64,000 bases of DNA from assembly GCA_046330075.1 (NCBI GenBank), contig JAXLTL010000001.1, forward strand, positions 396,481-460,480, in the 5' to 3' direction. Made by a program: the position numbers and the translations under genes. The notes beneath the pieces were generated by a model. The model did no database searches and was not told the origin of the DNA. It saw only the letters and a list, made by a program, of their open reading frames with translations. The stretch comes from Bacteroidia bacterium. Its GTDB lineage: Bacteria > Bacteroidota > Bacteroidia > AKYH767-A > OLB10. Positions 1-9,986 of this stretch are shown in pieces (position 1 is the first letter of the stretch; each line of letters opens with the position of its first letter).

Positions 1-486
1 TGATTTACTTTCTTTCCTTCCAGGAATTTTTTTAGTGCTGCACTGCCCGCAAAATCACTGATGAAGTTACCGAGGCCTTCCAGATCTTGATTATATTCTT
101 TCTTAAGAATCTCAGCTTTCTTTAATCGGCTTTCAACAGCATTCAGCAATTCAATTTTATCAAAGGGCTTGGTGATATAATCATCAGCTCCCATCTCCAT
201 GCCTTTACGCATATCGCTGCGCTCGGCTTTCGCTGTGAGGAAGATAAATGGAATAGTGGCAAGACCAGGGTCTTTACCCAAAAGATGCAGTACACCATAT
301 CCGTCCAGTCCCGGCATCATAATGTCGCAGATTATCAGGTCCGGGAACTCCTGTTTCGCGGTCTCAACTCCTTCTTTTCCATCCGGAGCCGTTAGTACCT
401 TGAAACCTGCAAGTTCCAGTATCTCAGCTGTGTTCTCCCGCACATCTTCATTATCTTCAATGAGGAGTATTTTCTTTGTGTTCATG
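1..486 (-). CDS. Response regulator, receiver (CheY-like) domain; partial, C-terminus runs off the window start
   Basis: Minus-strand translation from the ATG at 486 gives MNTKKILLIEDNEDVRENTAEILELAGFKVLTAPDGKEG...DLIICDIMMPGLDGYGVL...LTAKAERSDMRKGMEMGADDYITKPF, the phospho-acceptor Asp and receiver motifs. Its start is 2 bp from the stop of the upstream kinase. Confidence 0.85.
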
Positions 487-488
487 TT

Positions 489-1733
489 TTATTGTTGGTT
501 TGGGAAAGTTATTTTAATGGTTGTTCCTTGTTCAAGTTCGCTGTGCAGGATGATATGACCTTTCATCAGATCTACGTAACTGCCAACGATGTGTAATCCA
601 AGGCCGGTGCCCTGAATATTGAATGCGTTTTTACCTCTGTAAAACCGCTCGAAGAGGTGCTTTTGATCATCTTCGCTGATGCCGATGCCCTGATCAGCAA
701 CTTCTATACCGATGGTGTAATCATCCACACGCGATCGGATTCTGATGGATTTATGTTCCTTGCTGAATTTAATCGCATTGGAGATAAGGTTGATCAGAAT
801 GTTCTTTAACAGTTTTGGATCAAGATGTATATACTGATCTCCTTTGTGTTCATATTCCAGCGCCTGCCCCGGTTTCAGATTCAGTTGTAAATCTCCAACT
901 ACTTCTTCTATGTTTTCCTTTAAATCAAAATGCCGGTAGTCTGCATGTACTTTGCCTTCTTCCAGCTTGCTGATACTGAGAAAATCACTGAGAATATCAT
1001 TGAGGTTGTTTACAGCAGATTTGATGCGGTTGATGTGTTTTTCACGTTTGTCAGATGCTTCTCCTGCATTGTATTCGTGAATTAAGCTGGCAGAGGATAA
1101 AATGGTGGTTAAGGGTGTTCTGAATTCATGGGAAGCCATCGAAATGAACCTTGATTTCAGGTCATTGAGGTCTTTCTCTTTTTCTAAGGCATTGCTGAGT
1201 TCGTTTCTCGATTTTTCGAGCTCACGTATGGCTTCCTGCAGGACTTTTGTACGGTCACCTACCTTTTTTTCCAATTCCTCGTTGGTAGCGATGAGTGCCG
1301 CGGCAACCCGTTCCAGTTCTTTTTGTTTTTCCTGAATTACATTTTCAATCTGCTTGCGTATCGTTATGTCAATGAGAAAGGCAATGAATAACCGTTCCTC
1401 GCCAACCTGCAGCGGACTTAAACTGATTTCTACGGGAACAAGCTCTCCGCTTTTCTTTCGTGCATATAAATCCAGCCCAACACCCATCGGACGCGCATGT
1501 GCATGTTTCGCGAATTGTTGCCGGTGTTCTGCATGACGCGATCTGACATAGTCTGGCACCAGCTGATCAATTGAGCCACCCAGTAACTCCGACTCTGTAT
1601 ATCCCAGCATCTTGCACCCCGATGGGTTGATTAATTGAATTTTACCACTGGAATTGGTCACAATAATCCCTTCATTCATATGATTGAAGAGAATATCAAT
1701 GATCTCGCGTTTTTCCAGATTGGCCATGTTCAA
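489..1733 (-). CDS. PAS-domain sensor histidine kinase (HisKA + HATPase_c)
   Basis: 414 aa. N-terminal PAS-like region, then a coiled coil, an H-box (SHEFRTPL) and N/G1/G2 boxes (NAIKFS, DQGIGI, GTGLGL). Confidence 0.9.
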   Translation of the reverse strand: MNMANLEKREIIDILFNHMNEGIIVTNSSGKIQLINPSGCKMLGYTESELLGGSIDQLVPDYVRSRHAEHRQQFAKHAHARPMGVGLDLYARKKSGELVPVEISLSPLQVGEERLFIAFLIDITIRKQIENVIQEKQKELERVAAALIATNEELEKKVGDRTKVLQEAIRELEKSRNELSNALEKEKDLNDLKSRFISMASHEFRTPLTTILSSASLIHEYNAGEASDKREKHINRIKSAVNNLNDILSDFLSISKLEEGKVHADYRHFDLKENIEEVVGDLQLNLKPGQALEYEHKGDQYIHLDPKLLKNILINLISNAIKFSKEHKSIRIRSRVDDYTIGIEVADQGIGISEDDQKHLFERFYRGKNAFNIQGTGLGLHIVGSYVDLMKGHIILHSELEQGTTIKITFPNQQ

Positions 1734-1802
1734 TTATTTACGGGGAATTGCTAAAAATAAAAAATCCCGGATATTCCGGGAAACTGGTTCATAATTAATC
1801 CT

Positions 1803-1997
1803 TTAGGCTTGGGTGTTGGATTTATTGGTGTTGATCCCCATCAGTGAATATAAGGGACAAACTCCAATTATGCCGGTTACAAATGGAATCAATCCAAGTA
1901 ACGCCCAGATCGAGTTTTGAAATACAAGCATCATGGCAATGCTAACACCTAAGAACATACGGACCACACGGTCACTCATTCCAATATTTGATTTCAT
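1803..1997 (-). CDS. Small inner-membrane protein, DUF2892/YgaP-like
   Basis: 64 aa with two hydrophobic helices and the ...GVCPLY... motif typical of DUF2892. Confidence 0.55.
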   Translation of the reverse strand: MKSNIGMSDRVVRMFLGVSIAMMLVFQNSIWALLGLIPFVTGIIGVCPLYSLMGINTNKSNTQA

Positions 1998-2079
1998 AGT
2001 CAGGAGGTTTAGTGAATCAAAAATAGATTCAACACCTCCAACTCTTAATAACGCTCGTCATTCACTAAACTGATAAAAG

Positions 2080-3483
2080 TCAGTCAAGGTAGAACGATTC
2101 TCCCTGCATGGGTATCAGAATGTCTTTGAAACCCATACCATGCAGGTGTTCTTTATAGGTCAATTGTGCTTCCGGTTCACCGTGAACGAGAAATAGTTTT
2201 CTGACCTTCTGCGGATCCTGACATTTTAAATAAGTCATCATCTCTTTGTAATCTCCATGTGCACTGTAGGAGTCAAGTACTGCAATCTTTGCTTTTACCG
2301 GATACATTTTACCAAAGATTTTGACCTCAGTAGCACCCTCTATGAGCTTACCGCCTAAAGAGCCGGGAGGAACATAGCCAACGATGAGTATAGTGTTGTT
2401 GGCGTTCGAAATATTGTTCTTGACATGGTGCTTTATTCTTCCTGCTTCCAGCATGCCGGAGGCTGATATGATAATACAAGGATCCTGTAGTTCATTCAAT
2501 GCTTTTGACGATTCTACATCACGGATGTAAATCAACCTTTCAAAACCAAATGGATCCGGATCCTTTTTCATGTATTCAATGATCTCCGGATTAAAACTCT
2601 CTGTATGTTTTTTCATGACTTCTGTGGCAGAGATGGCCAAAGGTGAGTCTACATACACATTAATGGGAGGGAGCAGTCCGGCATTGAACAACCGGTTGAG
2701 CGCATATACAATTTCCTGGGTTCTTCCGAGACTGAAGGCAGGTATGATCAATTTGCCACAGCGCTGAACACATGTTTCTGTAACGATACCAAGAAGGTGC
2801 TTTTCTGCATCTTCAGTGGTTTCATGTAACCGGTCACCATAGGTTGATTCGGTGATGATGTATTCTGCCTGTGGAAAGGACTGTGGTGAACGGAGAATAA
2901 CATCATGGTATCGCCCGATATCTCCCGAAAAAAATACTTTTTTATTTCCGTCAGGTTCTTCCAGCTGTAGGTTGACCGCAGCACTTCCCAGAATATGGCC
3001 TGAGTCGGTGAACAGTAGCTTTATATGCGGATCGATTTCAGTCCATTGATCAAGCGGTACAGGGACGAATTGTTTCAATGCTGTGTATACATCTTCTTCA
3101 GTGTATAGCGCTTTTAGTTTGCTTTGTCCCGCCTTTTCACGTTTCTTGTTGAGATAGGCGACATCGTTTTCCTGAATATGAGCACTGTCTACGAGCATGA
3201 TCCTGCATAAATCCAGCGTGGCCGGTGTACAGAATACCGGTCCGGCAAATCCCTGCTTCACCAGCTGTGGGATATTTCCGGAATGGTCAATGTGTGCATG
3301 CGACAAGATCATCAGGTCAACTTCGGCAGGATTGAATCCAAAGTGCCGGTTCATTTCAGCATTATCGCCACCTTTGTTCTGAAAAAGTCCGCAATCCAGT
3401 AATATTTTCTTATTTCGTTCCGTTGTAATCAGGTGTTTGCTACCCGTTACTGTTTGGGCAGCACCGTGAAATGTAATTCTCAT
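2080..3483 (-). CDS. MBL-fold metallo-hydrolase, beta-CASP RNA-metabolising ribonuclease family
   Basis: 467 aa with the HAHIDHSG metallo-beta-lactamase motif and a length and layout typical of RNase J/CPSF-like beta-CASP enzymes. Confidence 0.8.
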   Translation of the reverse strand: MRITFHGAAQTVTGSKHLITTERNKKILLDCGLFQNKGGDNAEMNRHFGFNPAEVDLMILSHAHIDHSGNIPQLVKQGFAGPVFCTPATLDLCRIMLVDSAHIQENDVAYLNKKREKAGQSKLKALYTEEDVYTALKQFVPVPLDQWTEIDPHIKLLFTDSGHILGSAAVNLQLEEPDGNKKVFFSGDIGRYHDVILRSPQSFPQAEYIITESTYGDRLHETTEDAEKHLLGIVTETCVQRCGKLIIPAFSLGRTQEIVYALNRLFNAGLLPPINVYVDSPLAISATEVMKKHTESFNPEIIEYMKKDPDPFGFERLIYIRDVESSKALNELQDPCIIISASGMLEAGRIKHHVKNNISNANNTILIVGYVPPGSLGGKLIEGATEVKIFGKMYPVKAKIAVLDSYSAHGDYKEMMTYLKCQDPQKVRKLFLVHGEPEAQLTYKEHLHGMGFKDILIPMQGESFYLD

Positions 3484-3530
3484 AGAGGTAAAAATAGGAA
3501 ATATTTATGTGGCCGATATCTGAAAGTAAG

Positions 3531-4127
3531 ATGAGAGGAAAATGGGTGAGAAGGGTAGTGGTTTTTTTCCTGACATCCTGGATGGTAATTGTGTCTTTTT
3601 CATTTTCACCGCCCCCTGCAAAGGAACAGTTGCGATGGACCCATCCAGCTCAGCTTACTGCAAATGATTTCCGTAAACCTTCTGCCGGTAGAAAAGTGAG
3701 AGTGAAAACCGGTCGCCGTTCCTGGCGGATTCTGGAAGGGTATATTTATTCAGGCATCGCTTTCAGTTATGAAGTAAAGGGCAAACAGGTGAAATATGAA
3801 GTGTATGCGTTTATGTTGCCGGATGATTCATGGCTTGCTGATCCGGAAAATCAGGCGACTCTGGAACATGAACAGGCGCATTTTAATATTACGGAGATTT
3901 ATGCACGTCGCTTGCGACAGCAACTGAAACAGGTGGCTCGTTCAGAAGATGCCCGAAAGAAATATCAGCAAACGATGAAAGATCTTGCGAAAGTTCAGGC
4001 AGATTTTGATCATGATCAGGAAGGAGAAACCGGCGTTACTGATCAGTGGAAAAAGAAAATTCAGTCGGAACTGAATGAACGCGCAGCGTTTTCTTCCGCT
4101 CCGGTCATCCCTGGCCGGACTGATTAA
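3531..4127 (+). CDS. DUF922 domain protein (putative Zn-metallopeptidase-like, HExxH)
   Basis: N-terminal hydrophobic segment and an HEQAH motif. The start is chosen at the MRGKWV ATG that precedes the signal-like segment; the ORF track starts it at 3507. Confidence 0.55.
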   Translation: MRGKWVRRVVVFFLTSWMVIVSFSFSPPPAKEQLRWTHPAQLTANDFRKPSAGRKVRVKTGRRSWRILEGYIYSGIAFSYEVKGKQVKYEVYAFMLPDDSWLADPENQATLEHEQAHFNITEIYARRLRQQLKQVARSEDARKKYQQTMKDLAKVQADFDHDQEGETGVTDQWKKKIQSELNERAAFSSAPVIPGRTD

Positions 4128-5179
4128 AACAGTACTTCGGTAGCACCCAACCCATATCGGGAAGGATCAGCATCACGGAATCTGATTCCTGAATCTTTCA
4201 GTTCTTTCCGTATTTCTGATTTCAATCGCCCGTTTCCAACTCCATGAATGAACACAATACTGCGTAATTTCTTCAGAAGTGCTTTGTCCAGTTCTTTTCT
4301 GAAATGCTGCAGCTGTATTGTAATAATCTCTGCATTACTGAGCCCGGAAATATCATTGGTCAGCTCTTCAATGTGCAGGTCAATGTCATGGCCGGTTAAA
4401 CCAAACTGGCGAAGATAACTTTGTTCGCTGACTGCTTTTTTCTCCGGCTTTCCTGTTTTGGCGGAATCGCTGATTCGCTTTTCTGCATTGAATTCACTTT
4501 TCAGTTTTTCGAGTAATGCCGACTGATCTTCGTTCAGAATGGCGGCTGAAGTGTAAAGCGGAATACGTTGCGTAAAGGCATATTCGGATAAGAGAAAGGG
4601 AAACCGTTGCTGGATGTCGGGAAGTGGTATCTGTACCGGCTGCCGAATGATGGGATAGGCTGTGTGTTCCTTGTCGGAATGGATGATTCCGGTGAAAAAA
4701 TAACCCTCAAAATCCAAAAGGTCTTCACGACGTATTTCCTGTAGAAAAGATAGCTCATTGGATTGGACAAGCCCGGCAGCTACTCCTTTGTATTTCTTTT
4801 TATGTATGGATGTGAATGAAAATGCTACAGCCACCTCCAGTGTGTTCAGCAAATATAGTTTTACCGGACCGGTCGTGACTTTTGAATGAGCCGGTATGAT
4901 CAGTAGGCTGATTTCATCCTTGATTCTGAATTGTTCCGGTTGAGGAAATGCAACCTGATTTTCAGATACTGTTGCTGTATTGACCGGCGTTGTCAATCGA
5001 CTTCGTTCCAATCCTGAATCCTGAACTTTTACAATTTCTGCAGGCGTGACTTCAATAGGGAAACCATCTTCTATATCTACCACGATATTTCCCGATGGTA
5101 AAATTTCACTGATTTTTCCTTCCTGTTTCTCGTTGATGAACCGTACGTAATCGCCAACTTTATAGATCTTTTGTTGCAT
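4124..5179 (-). CDS. Smr-domain protein (DUF2027 N-terminal + C-terminal Smr/MutS2-like nuclease domain)
   Basis: 351 aa. The C-terminus IVFIHGVGNGRLKSEIRKELK matches the Smr motif. Confidence 0.7.
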   Translation of the reverse strand: MQQKIYKVGDYVRFINEKQEGKISEILPSGNIVVDIEDGFPIEVTPAEIVKVQDSGLERSRLTTPVNTATVSENQVAFPQPEQFRIKDEISLLIIPAHSKVTTGPVKLYLLNTLEVAVAFSFTSIHKKKYKGVAAGLVQSNELSFLQEIRREDLLDFEGYFFTGIIHSDKEHTAYPIIRQPVQIPLPDIQQRFPFLLSEYAFTQRIPLYTSAAILNEDQSALLEKLKSEFNAEKRISDSAKTGKPEKKAVSEQSYLRQFGLTGHDIDLHIEELTNDISGLSNAEIITIQLQHFRKELDKALLKKLRSIVFIHGVGNGRLKSEIRKELKDSGIRFRDADPSRYGLGATEVLF

Positions 5180-5497
5180 GTATCTGCACGTATTTTTCGG
5201 GTGAAATAAAAACGGGTGAGTTTTATTTTCCCTTGTAAAACTAACGATTTGCGCTAAAGGCAGAGTGCCTCACGAATTATAAAAAGTGTTTTTCGCAAAG
5301 AGGGTAGAGTGTGCCGTTATAATCAGACATCAGGAGATAATCACCTGTCCTCTTATTGCTTTTTGTCGCCGCAGTACCCGTATGGATGGGATTTGCCCGA
5401 CCCGCTGAACAGGGAGGTTGCGTATTCGATTCCTTCCGAATACTGATTTACCAAAAGTGATGTGCAATTGATGGCGGATACAGCGTGTACCGGAGAA

Positions 5498-6388
5498 TTA
5501 CTTTCTGAAATTATCCGCCACCACAATATCTTTTGAACCCTTGGTGTATTTGTAAAATCCTTGTCCGGATTTTACACCAAGATTTCCGGAAGTCACCATG
5601 TTTACCAGCAATGGACATGGTGCATATTTGGAAGTGCCGAACCCATCGTGCAGGACACGAAGAATGCTGAGACAAGTATCGAGTCCGATGAAATCTGCCA
5701 GTTGCAGCGGTCCCATCGGATGTGCCATACCAAGTTTCATCACGGTGTCAATTTCTTCAACTCCTGCAACACCTTCAAACAATGAATAAATAGACTCATT
5801 GATCATAGGCATGAGTATCCGGTTGGCAATAAACCCCGGATAATCATTTACCTCTACCGGAACTTTGTTCAGCTTCCGTGAAATGTCGAAAATCAAGCCG
5901 GTGACTTCATCCGAAGTATTGTATCCTCGGATGACTTCTACCAGTTTCATCACAGGTACCGGATTCATGAAGTGCATACCAATGACTTTATCGCCACGTT
6001 TGGTTACAGCGGCGATTTTTGTGATGGAAATAGAGGAAGTATTTGTGGCAAGAATGCATCCCGGCTGCGTGAATTGATCCAGATCGCTGAAAATTTTCAG
6101 TTTCAGGTCAATGTTCTCTGTAGCTGCTTCTACAACAAGTTCAGCTGAAGCTACGCCGGAAGCCATATCCGTAGAGGTGGTAATTCTGGACAATGCAGCG
6201 TTTTTTTCCTCTTCGGTCAGCCCACCTTTGGAAATCTGTCGATCCATGTTCCTGGTAATCGTGTTTATCGCCTGATCAAGCGCTTCACGACGAATATCAA
6301 TCATGCAAACATCAAATCCGCTTTGAGCGAAAACGTGCGCAATTCCATTTCCCATTTGGCCGGAGCCGATTACAGCAATCTTCTGCAT
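5498..6388 (-). CDS. hbd: 3-hydroxybutyryl-CoA / 3-hydroxyacyl-CoA dehydrogenase
   Basis: N-terminal Rossmann motif IAVIGSGQMGNGIAHVFAQSGFDV and the C-terminal HCDH domain; 296 aa. Confidence 0.9.
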   Translation of the reverse strand: MQKIAVIGSGQMGNGIAHVFAQSGFDVCMIDIRREALDQAINTITRNMDRQISKGGLTEEEKNAALSRITTSTDMASGVASAELVVEAATENIDLKLKIFSDLDQFTQPGCILATNTSSISITKIAAVTKRGDKVIGMHFMNPVPVMKLVEVIRGYNTSDEVTGLIFDISRKLNKVPVEVNDYPGFIANRILMPMINESIYSLFEGVAGVEEIDTVMKLGMAHPMGPLQLADFIGLDTCLSILRVLHDGFGTSKYAPCPLLVNMVTSGNLGVKSGQGFYKYTKGSKDIVVADNFRK

Positions 6389-6489
6389 AGTATGAGTTGT
6401 CAGGAGTGCAAAAGTAAAATAAACAGCCTATCCGGCCGGTAAAATAAAGGATTACAATATTACGTAAACTACGTAATGTAGATTCCGTA

Positions 6490-8790
6490 TTATTGCTTCA
6501 CGAAGGTGGCCCGGCCCGTTAGTCGTTTGTCGGCCGTGAATTGTACCACATAAATGCCGGGAGCTAAATCCTGAATATCCAGCGTGGTACCTGCTGACTG
6601 AGCGGCCACCTTCCCGGTATACACTGTTTTTCCATCGGCAGAGAGAATATCAATTTCAGTCCCTGCCAGCATCGGCATCTTCACAGTGATCTGATCATGT
6701 GCTGGATTCGGAAGGATTTCGGCTTGCGGTACCTCCGGAGAATGAATGCCCGTAAATGCAGAGGCTACGAAGGTTTCCCATACACCTCGTCCATAGGTGG
6801 CTACACGTATAACGCTGCTGTCAGGACCGTCGTCAACGAACATAAATTCAGTGATATTGGCAATAGAAGGAAATCCCTGGTTGTAACCGGTCCAGCTGGT
6901 GGAGAATTTGTTTTTATACCATACTCCAAATGCATTACAGGCATACAATGACTCGTCAGTTGAGTAGGGATCAAGAAAAACTTTTAGCAGGTTGATAGAG
7001 GGAAGGTTATAGGTTTCGTTTACCCATGTTTGTCCCTGATCACTGCTGCGGTATACTTTCGAACCACTGTAGATGTACAGAATATTGGTGTCGGCGGCCA
7101 TCGATATGACTCCTGAATTTGTACCGAGACCGAAGGGCAGCGTGTATTGGGTAAGTGTAGGTGACCAGATCGATAAATCCTCTCCGATCCAAAACTTATT
7201 CGGTGCTTCGAGCACATAGATTTTCTGGTCCCAGTGGGAAGAGAATTCCATTGCTCTGATACCACCACTGAACGTATTCATCTGTCCCCAGATGGGTGTA
7301 GGGTCATTCAGATTGGTCGTCAGATATAGGTCTCCGTTCAAAGCTGCCATCGCATAATCTGTGTTGAGCGGAGTGAATGATAATTTCATGGAGTTCGAGG
7401 GGGAAAATGTGATCCCGAAATCAGTTTCTGCAGATGAAATGTTGAGCTGACGACGCATCCCGTTTTCATAATAGTAGACCCTGTTCTGATTGGAATAATC
7501 AAAGATGGCACGGGAAGTCCAGTCGCCACCACGATTTGTTTTCCAGATTCCTCCAAAGGAGTAGAGCTCGCCATTGTCCTGGGTTCCGATGCTGATGAGT
7601 TCCTTGCGCATCGGATCACTGGCAGCCTTGTATATTTCAGTTGCCTCGATGCCGTTGCTCCTGGGTAACCATGAATTGCCGCCGTTTATGCTTCTCCATA
7701 CTCCTCCGTCATTGATGTTGTAGATTTCAGTGGGATTGTAAGGGTTGATAACAAAGTCATGCATATCGGTATGTAAAACCGCCCACCATTGTGTTAACTG
7801 ATTCCATGTTTGTCCGCCATCAGTCGATTTCCAAACAACATGCGCTCCTGTATATACGATATTGGCATTCGTGGGATCCGCTACCATCGTGAAGTTGTAA
7901 TTCCCCTGACCATTTCCATTGGCATCGTAACCTACCAGACTTTGCGAGGGATTATGATATACCATGGTGAACGAGTTGCCACCATCATTCGATCTGAAGA
8001 TGGTACCTTCATCTTTAATCATTCCTACGTACACTACATTCGAGTCAGCCGCAGAAACTGCCAGCCGAAGCCCTTGCCCTGATCCGCCACCGGGTACCGA
8101 AATGCCATTGCTGATTAACGTCCACGTCTCACCGAAATCTTCTGATTTGTATAAAGAAGAGAAGTTTACTGCATATAACGTGCGTGTGTTGCCCGCTGGT
8201 TTCATGGCCATATCTGTGAATTGCCCTCCACTGAGTTTTACCACCCATGTTGCTCCTCCATCGTTGGTTTTATAGATACCATTGTTGGTGGCAGCCACAA
8301 TAGAAAGATGATCAAGCGGATCCATCAGCAATTCAACCGCCATTAAGGTTCCCATTCCGGTGTTGGATGGCGTCCAGGTTGTTCCTGCATCGGTTGATTT
8401 GTATAGTCCAAGGCCGGTAGAATAGTAATTCGGATCTCCGGTACCGAGATACAGAATGCTGTCATTGGTAAAATCTACACATACCGAGGCACAGGCGGTA
8501 AGGGCTAAACCGTCCGTACCACATTTCTGCCAGCTTTGCGTACCGTTCTGACTGATCCAGAGTCCTCCCGATGCGCTGACAGCATAGACCTTTTGCGGAT
8601 CGCTGGGATGAAATTTCATCTGACAAACACGACCGATTCCATTGATTTGTCCACTGACATTGGTCGGAAACTGAATAGGTCCTAAAGGATGCCAGGCTGC
8701 TGTGGGCTGACTGAATATATCGCCGGATGTCAAGACAATCATCAGTACAGCTATGATCGAATTGCGGAAGTTGATAGTTGTTTTTAGCAT
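6490..8790 (-). CDS. Secreted BNR/Asp-box repeat protein (sortilin/Ycf48/xyloglucanase-like beta-propeller) with T9SS C-terminal sorting domain
   Basis: Signal peptide; at least 6 S/TxDxGxTW Asp-box motifs (STDAGTTW, TNDGGATW, SEDFGETW, SNDGGNSF, STDGGQTW, SDQGQTW); C-terminal Por_Secre_tail (ILPNPAHDQITVKM...GIYVVQF). Confidence 0.8.
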   Translation of the reverse strand: MLKTTINFRNSIIAVLMIVLTSGDIFSQPTAAWHPLGPIQFPTNVSGQINGIGRVCQMKFHPSDPQKVYAVSASGGLWISQNGTQSWQKCGTDGLALTACASVCVDFTNDSILYLGTGDPNYYSTGLGLYKSTDAGTTWTPSNTGMGTLMAVELLMDPLDHLSIVAATNNGIYKTNDGGATWVVKLSGGQFTDMAMKPAGNTRTLYAVNFSSLYKSEDFGETWTLISNGISVPGGGSGQGLRLAVSAADSNVVYVGMIKDEGTIFRSNDGGNSFTMVYHNPSQSLVGYDANGNGQGNYNFTMVADPTNANIVYTGAHVVWKSTDGGQTWNQLTQWWAVLHTDMHDFVINPYNPTEIYNINDGGVWRSINGGNSWLPRSNGIEATEIYKAASDPMRKELISIGTQDNGELYSFGGIWKTNRGGDWTSRAIFDYSNQNRVYYYENGMRRQLNISSAETDFGITFSPSNSMKLSFTPLNTDYAMAALNGDLYLTTNLNDPTPIWGQMNTFSGGIRAMEFSSHWDQKIYVLEAPNKFWIGEDLSIWSPTLTQYTLPFGLGTNSGVISMAADTNILYIYSGSKVYRSSDQGQTWVNETYNLPSINLLKVFLDPYSTDESLYACNAFGVWYKNKFSTSWTGYNQGFPSIANITEFMFVDDGPDSSVIRVATYGRGVWETFVASAFTGIHSPEVPQAEILPNPAHDQITVKMPMLAGTEIDILSADGKTVYTGKVAAQSAGTTLDIQDLAPGIYVVQFTADKRLTGRATFVKQ

Positions 8791-8796
8791 GACCGG

Positions 8797-9222
8797 TTAG
8801 CGTTGAATGGATTCAAGAATCTGACGACGTTGATAGGGAGTGTAAATAGTGCCATCCTCCTGTACCCAGGGCTCTGTCATAAGTTTCCAGTGTCGATATC
8901 GCTTTACTGCAAACGCCAGCTCGGTTTCATCCTTGTTTCCGGAGGTTCCGAATAGGCGTTTCAACCACCGGGAAGGATCCCTTTTCTCGTGTTCTTCTGC
9001 GTTCTTCATGCCGAGTATTTCATCTTCTTCCTTGGGCATTTCATGTTCTTCCCAGTATAAATCGAATGCCCTCACAACATCGTTGTAGTTGGAGAGTGTA
9101 TCGTCCATCATCGATATCCAGTGTGGGTTTTTCCGGCACGACCTTTCACTGAAGGTTTGCTGGGCCGAAGAAGCAGTAGTGATTAAACAGACCATCGCAA
9201 TGGCCGGCAGTAACGGTTTCAT
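8797..9222 (-). CDS. Hypothetical secreted protein
   Basis: 141-aa ORF with an N-terminal signal peptide; no recognisable domain. Confidence 0.5.
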   Translation of the reverse strand: MKPLLPAIAMVCLITTASSAQQTFSERSCRKNPHWISMMDDTLSNYNDVVRAFDLYWEEHEMPKEEDEILGMKNAEEHEKRDPSRWLKRLFGTSGNKDETELAFAVKRYRHWKLMTEPWVQEDGTIYTPYQRRQILESIQR

Positions 9223-9257
9223 AGCTGCAAATTTCAGGAATACTTTTTAATCAGCGA

Positions 9258-9887
9258 TCAAAAAGTGAACAGGAAAGTAAGAAAAACAAATAACCAGAGG
9301 CCATTTACCACGTGCCAGTAGTTACTGAATAATTCAAGTCGGACGCCTTCATATTTATTGGAAAAATACAGAAGAGACCGGACTGGGTCATTCCAGATGT
9401 CAAAGGACTTGAGCCAGAGGTAAAACATATAGATCATTCCTCCTCCGGCATGCAGGAAATGAACGGCAGAAATACCAAAAATGAAGGTTATACTTATGTC
9501 TTTTTCAAGATCAAAACCTTGTTCAATCATCGCGTTCCAAGCAAGCAGCTGGAATATTGCAAAAAGTCCTGCCATAACCATAGAACCGGTAAGACTCATT
9601 AGCATTCCTCTGTCGTTATCTTCTGAATAGTACTTCCTGACAAGTGTCAGCAAATAGGAGCTGCCGAGTAAAATAAGCGTGCTGAGCGTAAATTCACGGG
9701 GGAAACGGAAGTTTTCTACAGGTGGGTTATGGCTAACCCATATGATGAGCATTATTGCCAGTGAGAGAAAGAGCAGACTGGAACCAACCAGTCCGAAAAA
9801 CAAAGTGGTGCGATAGGGGTTGGTCCGTTCTTTCTCGAGCAGATTTAACTCCTGTTCACTCCGGCGTCGTGTTTTGTCTTCTCTCAT
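9258..9887 (-). CDS. Heme-copper oxidase subunit III-like membrane protein (orphan)
   Basis: 209 aa with about 5 TM helices and conserved His patterns (HFLHAGGG, NYWHVVNGLWLFVFL) resembling cytochrome c oxidase subunit III. Confidence 0.5.
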   Translation of the reverse strand: MREDKTRRRSEQELNLLEKERTNPYRTTLFFGLVGSSLLFLSLAIMLIIWVSHNPPVENFRFPREFTLSTLILLGSSYLLTLVRKYYSEDNDRGMLMSLTGSMVMAGLFAIFQLLAWNAMIEQGFDLEKDISITFIFGISAVHFLHAGGGMIYMFYLWLKSFDIWNDPVRSLLYFSNKYEGVRLELFSNYWHVVNGLWLFVFLTFLFTF

Positions 9888-9986
9888 CCGTGCTTTGTAC
9901 TATTCCAAATTTACGGTTTCTGTGGTTCATTTACAAGTATTGTTTTAACGCGGTTATTTGGTTTTTGTTTTAACTAAATTAGCAGA

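Noticed and set aside
199-558. 119-aa + strand ORF
   Set aside because: It is antisense to the clearly conserved response-regulator receiver domain (1-486, -) and has no motif.
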